Below, piece after piece: positions 35,201-46,414 of a stretch of DNA of 64,000 bases. The position numbers were made by a program, and so were the translations under genes. A model generated the notes under the pieces. That model made no database searches, was not told where the DNA came from, and saw only the letters and a program-made list of their open reading frames with translations. The stretch is from Tetramitus jugosus. Lineage: Eukaryota > Protista > Heterolobosea. The DNA is taken from NCBI GenBank assembly GCA_937625935.1, contig OW569375.1, positions 1-64,000 of the forward strand. The letters are read 5' to 3'. How positions within the stretch are numbered: position 1 is the first letter of the stretch; each line of letters opens with the position of its first letter.

Positions 35201-36146
35201 GATCGTAGGTTTAAATGCTATGGTAACATTAGCCGATATGCAATACGTGGTTCCAGTCAAATCAGAATCCCATATCGATGTTCTCTTCAAGAATCTAAAA
35301 TCAAGTAATCCCTCTCTGTTGAGATATTCAAGCCTATCTTTAATTGGCGACCTATTCCTGCACAAAATTATGAAGAGTGATAGTGGATTGTCAAAGTTGC
35401 TCGAATATGTGGCTGATGACGAAGATCTTCTATACAAATCTCAGCAACTAATTCTAAGAATTGTATTCAGTGATGCAAAAAATACTACTCAACTCCTGTA
35501 CAACATAATCATCAGCTTTAGCGAGCACCACCACATACACTACTCGCGAATATGTGATACGGTCAGCGAAATAGTGGAAACAGTTTCTAACAGCTCGTTC
35601 ATTCACACCAAGAACGACCAGAAAGAGTTATCTCGCTCTCTAATTCGTGCCTTTGTAGATAAGCCATCGCTACTATCTTCAGCATGCTTAACGAAACTTA
35701 ATTGCTCAGTCATCGAAGTGTCTTCCATAGAAATGCTAAAGACATTCATCGATCTCAATTCTTTCGACTTGTTCAACAATCAACGTAAGGACTCTGACCA
35801 CTTGAAAACTATTTACAATATGCTCTCTTCATTTTTGAAAAGGTTGAAATCAGTCAGCGCAAGTCCTCTGGTAGATGAAATGATCGAATCATTGTCCAAC
35901 ACGCACTCCACAATAGCAAATGAGACAAAAACTGTTCGCAAAAACAAAAACTCCAAGAGAGTCAAAGTTGCACAGCAGCACTCAAAACAACGCTCCACCA
36001 GAGATGAAGATGCTGACTATGATTCAACTGCAACCAACTACAACCAAGCCAATCGCAATGATACTGCAAGCAGCAGTAACAGCAGCATAACAATGAACCT
36101 ATCCAAACATATCGAGCAATTCAAACAAGACATGTTGGAATGGTAG
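32260..36146 (+). CDS. Condensin CAP-D2/Cnd1-like HEAT-repeat (HAWK) subunit, divergent
   Basis: LQDRDALVRVK, QDRTKSVRASALRCIRALIESNPF, and Cnd1-like LCCRYMVLSE..IVGLNAMVTLADM; intron 34555-34610 (GTACGT..TCAG). Confidence 0.75.
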
Positions 36147-36228
36147 TCAACATAACAAACAGTAGAATCAACAACTGCTTCTATGAATCAACAGTACACC
36201 CATTTCAAAATAGAATATATGTAATACT

Positions 36229-36744
36229 TTATGGTGTTTTCTTGGCCAACAATTTTTGCATAAAAGCTCGATTGCGTATACCAGTCCATGAAAACCACAA
36301 ACCCAGTCCCAATATGGAGTACAGTCCAACAAATTGAGCAATCTCATGCGCAGTTACAATCTTATTTTCATAATACTTGTCATCATACGGCTCAAAATTT
36401 GCATCATTCGGTTTCAAGAGCGGCACACCATTCTCAAGAATCGAATCCTTGTCATAGAACCACACATAATGCGACAGAGTTGCCTTAAACTCCAGATTCA
36501 AATCCTTATTGTCATTATTCAACTGTACATCTGCCTCACCGATCGCTGGTGACTCTCGAACAATGAAATGACGTTCGCGCAATGACGTTGGAGTAAAATG
36601 ATCCGTTTTTTTGGTTTTTTGACGGTATTGTCGGAGAAAATCATGCACCAGTGGGTCTGGTTGCTGCTGATTGAGCAAGTATTGAGTGACATAGGGTGAC
36701 AGTGCACCCAATCCCAACACACCTACAATTGTTCGTTCTCGCAT
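36229..36744 (-). CDS. Hypothetical protein with C-terminal TM helix
   Basis: Intact 171-aa ORF with A-rich leader. Confidence 0.6.
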   Translation of the reverse strand: MRERTIVGVLGLGALSPYVTQYLLNQQQPDPLVHDFLRQYRQKTKKTDHFTPTSLRERHFIVRESPAIGEADVQLNNDNKDLNLEFKATLSHYVWFYDKDSILENGVPLLKPNDANFEPYDDKYYENKIVTAHEIAQFVGLYSILGLGLWFSWTGIRNRAFMQKLLAKKTP

Positions 36745-36999
36745 TTTCTTTCTTTTTGTTTTGATTTTTTCTGTTGAATTTGATTATCCCGAATAAGGCA
36801 AAAAATTTCTCGAAATCTGATTAGTGAAGGTCTTTGCCGATCACACGCAAAGACTCGAACTCTCAGACTACGAACAGTTGCAACGCGCACCTACCGTCAG
36901 GTATAAAAAGCTCGAAGAATTGAGAACAACCCATTCACTCACACAAAAAACACAATTACTTGAATTCTTATTGAACAGTATTATTATAAATATATAAAA

Positions 37000-38277
37000 A
37001 TGTCTTCTTCTGAATACTCCCTTCCCTATTCTGCCACAGAGGTCGATGGTGGATTTGCTGTAGAGCCCAAGAGAAACTGTCCTCATGTTCTCCTGTCTGA
37101 TAAGCACATTGCTGCCATCTCCACTGCCAATGAAGATGAGCTAAAAAGATTGTGCTTGGCTGCTGCACAACAAACCAAGTGTCAGCACCCGAGTTGCGAC
37201 GAAAAGGATGAAAATTGGCTCTGTTTACAATGTGGTGTACTTCTCTGCTCAAGATATAAGAATGCTCACATGGCTGACCATTGTGATCAAGATCAAGAAG
37301 ATGAATCTGCGACGGATCACTGTATTGCTGTCAGTATGAGTGATTTGAGCTTTTGGTGCTACAAGTGTGAATCCTATATTCAATCTCCAGTGTTGCGCCA
37401 GGTCAATTCCTTGTTGTATGCTGCAAGAGAGTCCATTGGTAAGGAACCAGTGTTCAACAATAGAGTGAACAAGGCCAGTGCAGCACAACTTGAAGAACAT
37501 TTTGACAATGATGTCACTGTAGAGAAGGCTGCCAAGTTTATTGCCTCCAAGATTGCCAGAAGTGGTCATCTCGTGGTCTACACGGGAGCCGGTATCAGTA
37601 CTTCGGCAAAAATCCCAGATTATCGTGGTCCAAAGGGCATCTGGACATTGAGAGATCAAGGAAGATCACATGAATGTAACGGAATCGAGATTGAACAAGC
37701 TCATCCAACCTATGCTCACTATGCGTTGACTCTGTTGGCCAAGAAGGGAATTGTAAAGAGAATTGTTACGACCAATGTCGATGGCTTGCACAGAAGAAGC
37801 GGTTGTCCAAGAGAACGTCTATCTGAATTGCACGGTAGTTGCTATAGAGAGATGTGCGAAAAGTGTGACACTGAATATTTGAGGGGATTCGATGTGACAA
37901 AGACTGTTGTCAATCATAGCAATCATCTCACTGGTAGACTTTGCACTGTACCAAATTGTGGTGGAAGACTCAAAGACTCCATCATTCACTTCACAGAGAA
38001 TTTGCCAGAGTCTGAACTCAATCCATCTCTCGATGACTCTTCCAAGGCTGATGTCACAATCGTTTTAGGTACCAGCATGCAAGTGAAACCAGCATGCAAT
38101 CTCCCAATGATGAACAGACATGCTCAAATGTTCATTGTTAATCTTCAACAAACACCATATGATGAATCTGCAATTATCAAGTTGTATGCAAGAACAGATC
38201 AATTCATGAAGTTGGTGATGCAGGAATTGCAATTGCACGATGAAGTTGATGAAACTTACGACGAATTACAAAAATAA
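37000..38277 (+). CDS. Class IV (SIRT6/7-like) sirtuin with N-terminal UBP-type zinc finger
   Basis: CPH...ENWLCLQCGVLLCSRYKNAHM...SDLSFWCYKCESY; GAGISTSAKIPDYRGPKGIWT, TTNVDGLH, ELHG, LGTSMQV. Confidence 0.9.
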   Translation: MSSSEYSLPYSATEVDGGFAVEPKRNCPHVLLSDKHIAAISTANEDELKRLCLAAAQQTKCQHPSCDEKDENWLCLQCGVLLCSRYKNAHMADHCDQDQEDESATDHCIAVSMSDLSFWCYKCESYIQSPVLRQVNSLLYAARESIGKEPVFNNRVNKASAAQLEEHFDNDVTVEKAAKFIASKIARSGHLVVYTGAGISTSAKIPDYRGPKGIWTLRDQGRSHECNGIEIEQAHPTYAHYALTLLAKKGIVKRIVTTNVDGLHRRSGCPRERLSELHGSCYREMCEKCDTEYLRGFDVTKTVVNHSNHLTGRLCTVPNCGGRLKDSIIHFTENLPESELNPSLDDSSKADVTIVLGTSMQVKPACNLPMMNRHAQMFIVNLQQTPYDESAIIKLYARTDQFMKLVMQELQLHDEVDETYDELQK

Positions 38278-38307
38278 ATTATGTATTAATTAACTATCTG
38301 ATAGCTG

Positions 38308-41300
38308 TTAGTCTTGATTTGTGTGCTGTTGATGCTTCTGAATGAGCGTCTTGAGCACAGGATTTTCTGTTTGATCAACTTGTTCTCTTAGTTGTTTCAG
38401 TCTTTCTGTCAGTTCGTCGTCGCTCAAATCATCGATTGGAATTTGACAGAACTGCTTCAGAATATGTTGCATAAACTGAATGCTCTCAACAGTTGTTGGA
38501 GAAATCTTGCGCTTCTTTGTTGCAGGCTGATCACTGTCATCTTCTGTTCCATCAATACTCTCCAGCTCCTCTGCTTTGCGCTTGGCAACTGTGATCACCT
38601 CATCAGGGAAGTTTGCAAGCTTTGCAACCTCAATTCCAAACGATTTGTTGCTCGGTCCATCCTGAATCTTGTAACACATAACAATATGATTTTGATCTGC
38701 CTTGACAGCAACAGACTTGTTGGCTACACTGAGGAAGGCACCAAACTTGGCCACACTCCTTTCATCCTCAGGGTCACACAGCGTGCTCAAGGTAGTGAGT
38801 TCGTGGAAATGAGTGGCAAATAGACACATACTCTTCTTTTCCTTGATAATGTGCTCGGAGATGGCCCAAGCGAGACCAAATCCATCATACGATGAAGTAC
38901 CTCTGCCCAACTCGTCAATAATAATCAAGGAATTCTCTGTTGCGTTGTGCAATATCGTCGATGTTTCCAACATTTCAGCCATAAACGTTGAAATACCACG
39001 CAGCTGAGAATCACTGGCTCCCACTCTGGCCAAGATGCAATCACGAACAGATATTTCAGCACTGTCACAAGGAACAAAACATCCTATCTGAGCCATGAGT
39101 ACAATCATACCAATCTGACGAATATATGTTGATTTACCTTATTATTTGCAACAAAGAGATTATAGAAAAATTTGTTAATAATTAGGTAAGTACGAATGAG
39201 AAGTGTGACATAAGTGCTTTCTACATACCACCCATATTAGGACCTGTGATTACAGTGAAAGAAGATTGTCCTTTCCTCATGTCTACATCGTTCGGTATGA
39301 AGACTTGATCACCAAAATCTTGTCTCTCAAGACATGGGTGACGACTGCCACGAAGAACAACTCTGTCATCAGCCTGGCCACTCTCGAGCATGAGAGGCCT
39401 TTGATAGTTGTAAGCAGAGGAAACATGAGCAAAATTGGACAATACGTCCAGTTGTCCAATAACATCTACCACTTCACTGAGTGGAGGAAGATATGACATG
39501 ACAGCTTCCATACACTTGGCCGTTAGCTCTGATTGCTTATTTTGATATTGCTCATAAATTTCAGAGTAAGCAGCATCTTGCTCACGCAATTCTTCACTGG
39601 TGAACTTTGTGCCACTCTTGCTCTTGTGATCAATCACAGTGTACTTCTTCTTTTTACTGCTGACCTTCTTTTCATCCTTGGATGCAACCTTGAAGAAGTA
39701 ACCAGATTGTGGTGTTTTATCGAGCTTCACATCACATCCCAATTCATCCTCAGCTTGCTCCCGCAATGCCTCAATGCTCTCTTTAATCTCGTCCTTCTTC
39801 TCCTTGAGCTCCTTTAATTCTTCATTGAAATCAGGATTAATCAAATACTCGTGATTCTCAATTGCCTCCAAATCCACAGCTGTTTCAACAAGATTGCAAA
39901 GAATGACAAATTTGTTTGCAGACTCTTCAATCTCCTGAGTGAACGTCTCACGAATAATTTCAGCTTGATCCGAGTGCTCTGAAAGAACTTGAGCCAACTC
40001 TGGAAGACTCTGCACAAACTGGTACAACTTAACCATGTCTTGGATGGTTCCTCTGCCTCGGTTGATTCGATTAATGACTCCACTCAAATCTGGAACCTTC
40101 TTCAAGAATCTTCTCACATTATTCAAGCAAACGATATCACTCAAGAACGCATCCACAAAATCGTGTCTATTGTCGATTTGCTCCTTGTCCACGAGAGGCA
40201 TACGAATCCATTCAATCAATCTTCTCTTACCCATAATCGTCTGACACTGATTCAACAATCCATACAAATTCATCTGAGGATTCAAATCAGTCGGTTGCGG
40301 CAATATATTCAATGCATTAAACGCAGTGCTATCAAGTTTCATGTATTCGTGCAGCTTGAACTGTTCCAAAGTAAAGCTTTTTTGATTGGTCGAGTCAGCC
40401 AACAAGTCCATGGTTTTCACTAAGCAAGACATGGACGCGCAGCACAACTTCTCATCCAACAGTGACTCGATATTAGTGCCCTTCTTGAGCAAAATGTCCA
40501 AATCTTGTTCGATCGATCCAAAGTCAAATGCCTTCTTCGTCTGCTCCGTCATAATCACATTGGCCTTGTCCAATATGTCCTTGACTTTTCTGTGATGATT
40601 GTTGTTCTTGTCAAACAGGGACAACACCTCGGATGCACCAGTCTGATTCAACACCGTCTCCAACACACTAAACTGTTCATTGTCAAAGAACTGACAAAAG
40701 TAGAGTGCGTTGGATGTGCTCTCACAGAATGCAACACCAACCGAAATGTGTTTTGCTACAACAGACAAGTGCAATGCCAATGAAGTGGCCTGCAAGTGCG
40801 CATCCTCTCTAAAATACTCTTGAAAGGCAGACAAATTTCCTGGCGATCCCGTTCTCTCACATGTCCACTCTCCACCTGTCACTCTGGACCAAACTTCGAC
40901 TCTCATCTTCTTTTGATTAATGCACTTTTGCAACACTGGACTCATGTCTCTTTCCTTGATATAAATGACAGGAAGACCCTTTCCTTGACACTCTTCAATG
41001 TCTCTTCTCGTAATATAGGAATCAGCAGTCAAATTCTGAACAATGGGCATACTGTACGGACAATCAATAAACTTGAGAGCAGCCAATGTACCAGTGTAGT
41101 AATTTGCGAGAAAGATGGCATCTTTACCATAGACTGAATAGTACATTTCTTCAACATCTGCATCACCAGCCTTCTTTCGTGCATTACCAGACTTGTTCTT
41201 GAACAGCAGTAGAATATCTTGTGGTTTCTAGAATCATACACGTTGGTTAGAATGAAAAAACAACGAGTATTGGAAAAACAATAACAAGCTCCAAAGACGT

Positions 41301-41401
41301 ACCTGTTTCTCCATGGTAATAAATTTTTGAACACCTTGTCTCTTGTCTAGAGACACCTTGACATTGAGTTCACTGTCTTCTTCTGCAGTAATTCGAGACA
41401 T
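38308..41401 (-). CDS. MSH2: DNA mismatch repair protein MSH2, 3 exons
   Basis: GSPGNL, YMKLDSTAFNALN, SRHPCLE, ITGPNMGGKSTYIRQ, GISTFMAEMLET, IIDELGRGTS, FATHFHEL; introns 41302-41228 and 39228-39138. Confidence 0.93.
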
Positions 41402-41579
41402 GTTGGTGCTTTCGATATTTTAATTTTTTGATACTTGTTGTTTGATGTTGCAAGTTTATCAACTTCGAGCAAATTGAGGAAGCAAAAAGGCGGCAAAAAA
41501 CGCTCCAAGAAAGGAGAAACCAGAAAAAGAGCGGGATTCTTCACACATACAGAGAATTCTGCTTTATTGTGTTGATACT

Positions 41580-43028
41580 TTAGCAGCACTTGTGACCATT
41601 GAGATGTCTCTTGAACATTTCCAAGCTCTCCATTGGCTTCATCAATGAGGTCATGTGACCAGCACCTCTGATGGTAGTGAAGGTCAAGCTTCCCTTTGGA
41701 TCAGGGGTGGACAGCTTTCTAACAAAACCACCAACCAATTGACCACCATTGTCAGTAGTCACTCTCCAGGAGCTCCAGTCAGAAACAATAGTTCTGTTCA
41801 ACTTGTCAATTGCCATTTGAGTACCCAATGAGTTGACAATAGCATCAACATCACCAGAGAACACAAGGATGTGGTATTGAGCAAGAGCATCATAGAATGG
41901 AAGCATGCTGTCATAAGTCCATTGATAACCATTGTTAATTTCGTCGTTACAGACTTGCCATTCGCCAGCAGGGATCGTATGGGTAGCATGGATGGCCTTT
42001 CTGACTTCTGGGTCGTTAAAGTATTGGCTGAGAGCGCTATCTGGAACACAAGGAGAATCGGTTTCAACACCCAATGGAGCTCTATCTCTCGAGATTCTTC
42101 TTCTGTGCATGGTGAACAATGGATGAATCTTGGAGTCAAATCTGAATCTCTTGTTCATTGCCTTGGCAAACTCGACACCAGTCCATGGACATGAGTCATA
42201 GAGATAGTATGGGTTGATCATATCGAGATTGTTCCAAATGTTGGTCAAGAAACGAGCACATTTTGGATCATTTTGGTTCTGATAAAAGTTACCCTTGCAA
42301 TCCTTGACACCCTGATCATATTGACTCATTGGAATCAATGAATGTTGAGCAAAGAATGGAGGAATACTGTTTGCGTCAGTCTCTTGATTGGTGCATCCGT
42401 TACCAACCAAAATTCCCTTCAAATTAATCTTTTTTCCCTCACCATTGACATTTCCGTCATGGACTCTCTTGGCCAAAGCAGGAACATAATGTCCGGCAAA
42501 GCTCTCACCAGAAATATAAAAATCATTGTTTGCAAATTGAGGATACTTTGCGAAAAAGTTCAACAAAAAGTGATAGGAATCATCAGCAGTGATATGATCA
42601 TTGTAGTTGGAGTAGTCAGATGGGGTCTTGCTGTAAGAGTATCCAACACCAGCAGGTGACTCCAGATAGATCATGTTTGCAATCTTGTTCCAAGAGTAGT
42701 CATTGGTTCTCAGTGTCTTACCATCGGCATTGACCATGAATGCACCATGTTCAGTAGACAAACCTGCCAATGAAGAGCAACCTGGACCACCGTTCAACCA
42801 TAGGACAACAGGGTCATTGCTTGGATTGTTTTGTGATTCGAGGTACCAGTAGAACAAGTTGCGTCCATTGGTCGTATTGGCAGTCAAATAACCAGCGTAT
42901 TGTCTAAACTTTGGTTGATCTTTCAAACCAGGCAAATAAGTAATTTCGTCATTGTTGACTTGAGCAACGGCAACAGCAACAATTGCAAATAGAGCAACAA
43001 TTGCCAACCACAATGTGTTTTTCATCAT
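41580..43028 (-). CDS. Serine carboxypeptidase S10 (cathepsin A-like), secreted/lysosomal
   Basis: Signal peptide, WLNGGPGCSS, ESPAGVGYSY, GESFAG, SGDVD, GAGHM. Confidence 0.95.
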   Translation of the reverse strand: MMKNTLWLAIVALFAIVAVAVAQVNNDEITYLPGLKDQPKFRQYAGYLTANTTNGRNLFYWYLESQNNPSNDPVVLWLNGGPGCSSLAGLSTEHGAFMVNADGKTLRTNDYSWNKIANMIYLESPAGVGYSYSKTPSDYSNYNDHITADDSYHFLLNFFAKYPQFANNDFYISGESFAGHYVPALAKRVHDGNVNGEGKKINLKGILVGNGCTNQETDANSIPPFFAQHSLIPMSQYDQGVKDCKGNFYQNQNDPKCARFLTNIWNNLDMINPYYLYDSCPWTGVEFAKAMNKRFRFDSKIHPLFTMHRRRISRDRAPLGVETDSPCVPDSALSQYFNDPEVRKAIHATHTIPAGEWQVCNDEINNGYQWTYDSMLPFYDALAQYHILVFSGDVDAIVNSLGTQMAIDKLNRTIVSDWSSWRVTTDNGGQLVGGFVRKLSTPDPKGSLTFTTIRGAGHMTSLMKPMESLEMFKRHLNGHKCC

Positions 43029-43726
43029 AATATAATAAGAATAGTGGTAGTTGTTTGTTTTTGTGGGTTTTGGTCTTGCTCTCTCGTTTGGAGTGTGTGA
43101 AGATTCGCGCCGTTGTTCTCCGGAGATGCAGATGATGTTCAGGAGTTTCGATGCCGATTGGCGATGCTTTGGGGAAAATCGCGCTAGCTATCGCGATTAT
43201 CAACTGGTCTTTTACAGTAAAACTTTTGGTGGGATTTTCGGAGTAAATAAACAAAGGGAAATTGTTGAACTTGGCGAATTGGAAGAAACTCCTTTTATTG
43301 TTCCATGATGACTGAAGACACATCAGAAGGATATTGTGACACAACAAAACCCACACAAACAGAGAAACAATGACTCTTGCAAATAATGGCAACACGCCGT
43401 ATGAAGACATCATCCAAGAACTGCTGGACGCGTTTTGTGAATACGAAGACGCTCAGATCCAAAAGATGAAAAGTTGTGTCACTCGGTGGATGGGTTCATT
43501 TGCGGATCAAACACTTGGTTTTCTTAGGCGACCGGACACTGAATCGACAATAGCATCTCAGTAAATGTGTAACAATATAAACAGATCTCCTTCAGTTCTA
43601 ACCAATTGTCCGTACTCATTTTTTTCACACAATTTCATGACACCCGCCATCCGTATTTTTACGTATTTCGGGACCGCGGAGTAATCATCTATTATTTGGG
43701 GAACATCCAATTTCTGTTTTGAAAAG

Positions 43727-44682
43727 ATGAGACCACTGTTTCTCTTCGTCTGTTGTTGCCTTGTTGCTGTTCTTGTCTTTGCGACTCAAGTATCTGCATT
43801 GTTCCCTGGTTGTGATGTCATCAAGACAAAGAATGGGAAGCAAAAGTTCATGTGTGGGTCCAACGTGGAGCAAAAAAAGCTCTTGAGACAAAAGAAGCAA
43901 ACTTTGCGTCAGAGAGAGCACTTTGAAACCCATGATGACGGAAAAGTTTGTTATGTGAAAAGCACAAAGAATAGATGTTTTGGTGCTGTTGGTCCTGGTT
44001 GTTCTGTATGTTGTTATTGTTGTTATTTATTGTTGTGCGAAAGAGCTTTCATTTTCTGTTGGTTGTTGTTTTCTGTGTTTATTGGCTCATTTACATGTTG
44101 TTTGCTTTGTGTGTGATCATCTTTAGGGTGTCATTGTATCAATCTTTGATACCAATAGAAAAGTTATTCCTGGAACGAGAGATTTCACTCTCAAGGTGTC
44201 TGTTGGCAGTATTTTGCATGACAATTGTTGTTTGATGATGTCAAGAAAGGGAATTACTGGTCAAATGTGTAATATGAATGACCTGTTGGGCACAGAGGGA
44301 CCTTGCAGCAAGGAATGGCAAAAGGCTGTTACAAACACACTGGAAGGAGCGATGTGGGATCAGTAAGTTGACAAGTGTTTATTATTTGTAAGTGATTGAA
44401 GAGTCATTGTTTCTAACTCTTTTCATTGTTTAACAAATTTTTAGCAAATTTGAGCGATACTTGAGAGGTGATTACGATGAGGTTGGTTGTGAAGTACCAT
44501 CAAGAAAAGCTTCTCTTTATACCTATGGTAAGAAGAATAAGGAGATGTATGAGGGTATGGAAACTGAGATTACAAGACGCATGTGTGCTCCAGTGGCTAC
44601 AAAGCTTGATATCGAAGATGAACAATTCTGTTGCTCACAACAATTCGCTTCCAAGTCTTCCCAGCACGGAATCTGTGCATAA
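43727..44682 (+). CDS. Secreted cysteine-rich protein, 3 exons
   Basis: Signal peptide; GT-AG introns at 44006-44126 and about 44363-44445 restore one frame; contains SVGSILHDNCC. Confidence 0.7.
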
Positions 44683-44921
44683 AGTCATGTTTACTTTTTG
44701 CTTATTCTTATAAGTTATTTGCCTCTTTATTCTTGAAAATATTAGATTTTGCATATCTTTTGGCAAACTCATGAACTCATAACAGATTCCCCACTGACCT
44801 TTTTCCTTGGTTGATCATCCGGTAGTTATACACCTTTGTTAACTACCAGAAATCATCAACAACATGCTGCTGTTGATGAATCACACACAAACACAGAGAA
44901 TCATTCACATAGCCAATCCAT

Positions 44922-45866
44922 CTAACTCGTCAGCGAATCCCTGCACAAATCATGAACCATCCTTAATCGATCTCTCTTCTCCTCTTCGTACTCGTAAACA
45001 TCTCGATCCACTTTTGTCTTCTCATAATGAGTCATCATGACCGATTTGCAACACTCCAACGCCTTCAACGAATCATACAATGACTTTACATACAACTGTG
45101 TCTCCTCATAACACAAACTCCGATTGAAATATCCGTGCGTGTATTCTCCGCCTCTCAACTCAATCGCCCGAGTGAAATCCCGAATGGCCTCCTCATGCCG
45201 ATTCGTTCGATAATAAATACTGCCACGATTATTGTGCGCCTGAACATCACAATTGTCCAACCGTATCACTGCAGAGTAATCTTCGAGTGCCAACTTGAAT
45301 TTTCCAGCAGAGACAAGTGCAACACCTCGATTATAGTATGCAAGAGCATATGTCGGGTCAATCTCAATGGCCATTCCATAATCTTGCAATGCATTCTCCA
45401 ATTGAGACAACATTCGATGTCTCAATGCTCGATTATTGAACACGAGAGCAGCCAACTTTGATCGATCAAGTGACATTTGAGTCAATTGATTGAGAATCAA
45501 TGTGAATCGATCGACTATAAACTGATCATTCGATTCCAAAGAGGATGATGAAGAAGATGACGATGGTCGAATCAAGTACAATTGACCAAATTCCAATAGG
45601 AGCATTTTGAGAGGAAAAAGTGAAAAATGATCATGTTTTTTGGCTCGTTCGAAATCATGAATCATTAATTGTGTTTGATCGGGTGGTAATTGAGCCATTG
45701 TACTCAGTTTTGTTCGGTTGAGCCGGTGAAGGTTCGTTGATGCGTCATTGACTTGATAAAGTGCGTTGAAAAAGGGTTGGGAGTGAGGTGATTGGAAGAT
45801 GAATTGGTGGTGGCGTTCTGGTAGTGGTGATGATAGTGATTGTCGTATGGAAGTCATGTATGACAT
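44922..45866 (-). CDS. TPR-repeat protein
   Basis: AYYNRGVAL, AHNNRGSIY and GYFNRSLCY repeats; start codon uncertain. Confidence 0.85.
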   Translation of the reverse strand: MSYMTSIRQSLSSPLPERHHQFIFQSPHSQPFFNALYQVNDASTNLHRLNRTKLSTMAQLPPDQTQLMIHDFERAKKHDHFSLFPLKMLLLEFGQLYLIRPSSSSSSSSLESNDQFIVDRFTLILNQLTQMSLDRSKLAALVFNNRALRHRMLSQLENALQDYGMAIEIDPTYALAYYNRGVALVSAGKFKLALEDYSAVIRLDNCDVQAHNNRGSIYYRTNRHEEAIRDFTRAIELRGGEYTHGYFNRSLCYEETQLYVKSLYDSLKALECCKSVMMTHYEKTKVDRDVYEYEEEKRDRLRMVHDLCRDSLTS

Positions 45867-46022
45867 GAGTTGTTGTTGTTGTTTGCTTTTTAGGGGGTTT
45901 TTTGGGAAATTGTCAGGTGGAGTTCAAGCTGCAGTTGAAGTGCGAGAAAATCATCGAATTTTTGTAGGACTTTTTTCGAGCGGAGGACAAAAATCAAACA
46001 AGAAGAACTCTGATTGGAAAAA

Positions 46023-46289
46023 ATGGCGATAATGATGCCCACCACAGATCAACAGCAAGTTGAACAACAAGCATCGACATCCGTTTGGTCGCGGTTCAGG
46101 AAGACATTGTGGAACAAGACATTTTTGTTGGTTTTGATTCCCTTCTCTGGAGCTATTGGATCCATTTTGGGTGAATTTACAGTGCGAATGATTGGTCGAA
46201 CTTTGGGCTACGAAAAATGCATACAGGACTTTTGTCATACGGCGCCAAAGATTGTTCAAGTGAAGCAATTGACGCAACCAATCGATTGA
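46023..46289 (+). CDS. Small hypothetical single-TM protein
   Basis: Short ORF with a hydrophobic segment in the gap between two minus-strand genes. Confidence 0.4.
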   Translation: MAIMMPTTDQQQVEQQASTSVWSRFRKTLWNKTFLLVLIPFSGAIGSILGEFTVRMIGRTLGYEKCIQDFCHTAPKIVQVKQLTQPID

Positions 46290-46414
46290 ATTCTCACCTG
46301 ATGAGATCAGTCTGCCAAGAAACGAAAAAAGCTTTTCCTTTCTTTCGTATAAATTACAATAAAAAAAACAAAAGGAGATCATTAATTTACAATCACTTTA
46401 AATTTCATTTTATT

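Noticed and set aside
36845-36905. tRNA-like B-box GAGTTCGAGTC on the minus strand
   Set aside because: I could not fold a cloverleaf or find an acceptor stem; tRNAscan-SE would settle it.
22318-41401. Functional cluster of chromosome genes (kinesin, SMC, HAWK, sirtuin, MSH2)
   Set aside because: Interspersed with unrelated genes; apart from the SMC/HAWK pair, chance in a compact genome is sufficient.
43170-43320. Hairpin aatcgcg/cgcgatt and C/D-box-like words in an intergenic region
   Set aside because: Short motifs without correct spacing or an identifiable guide; insufficient for an ncRNA call.
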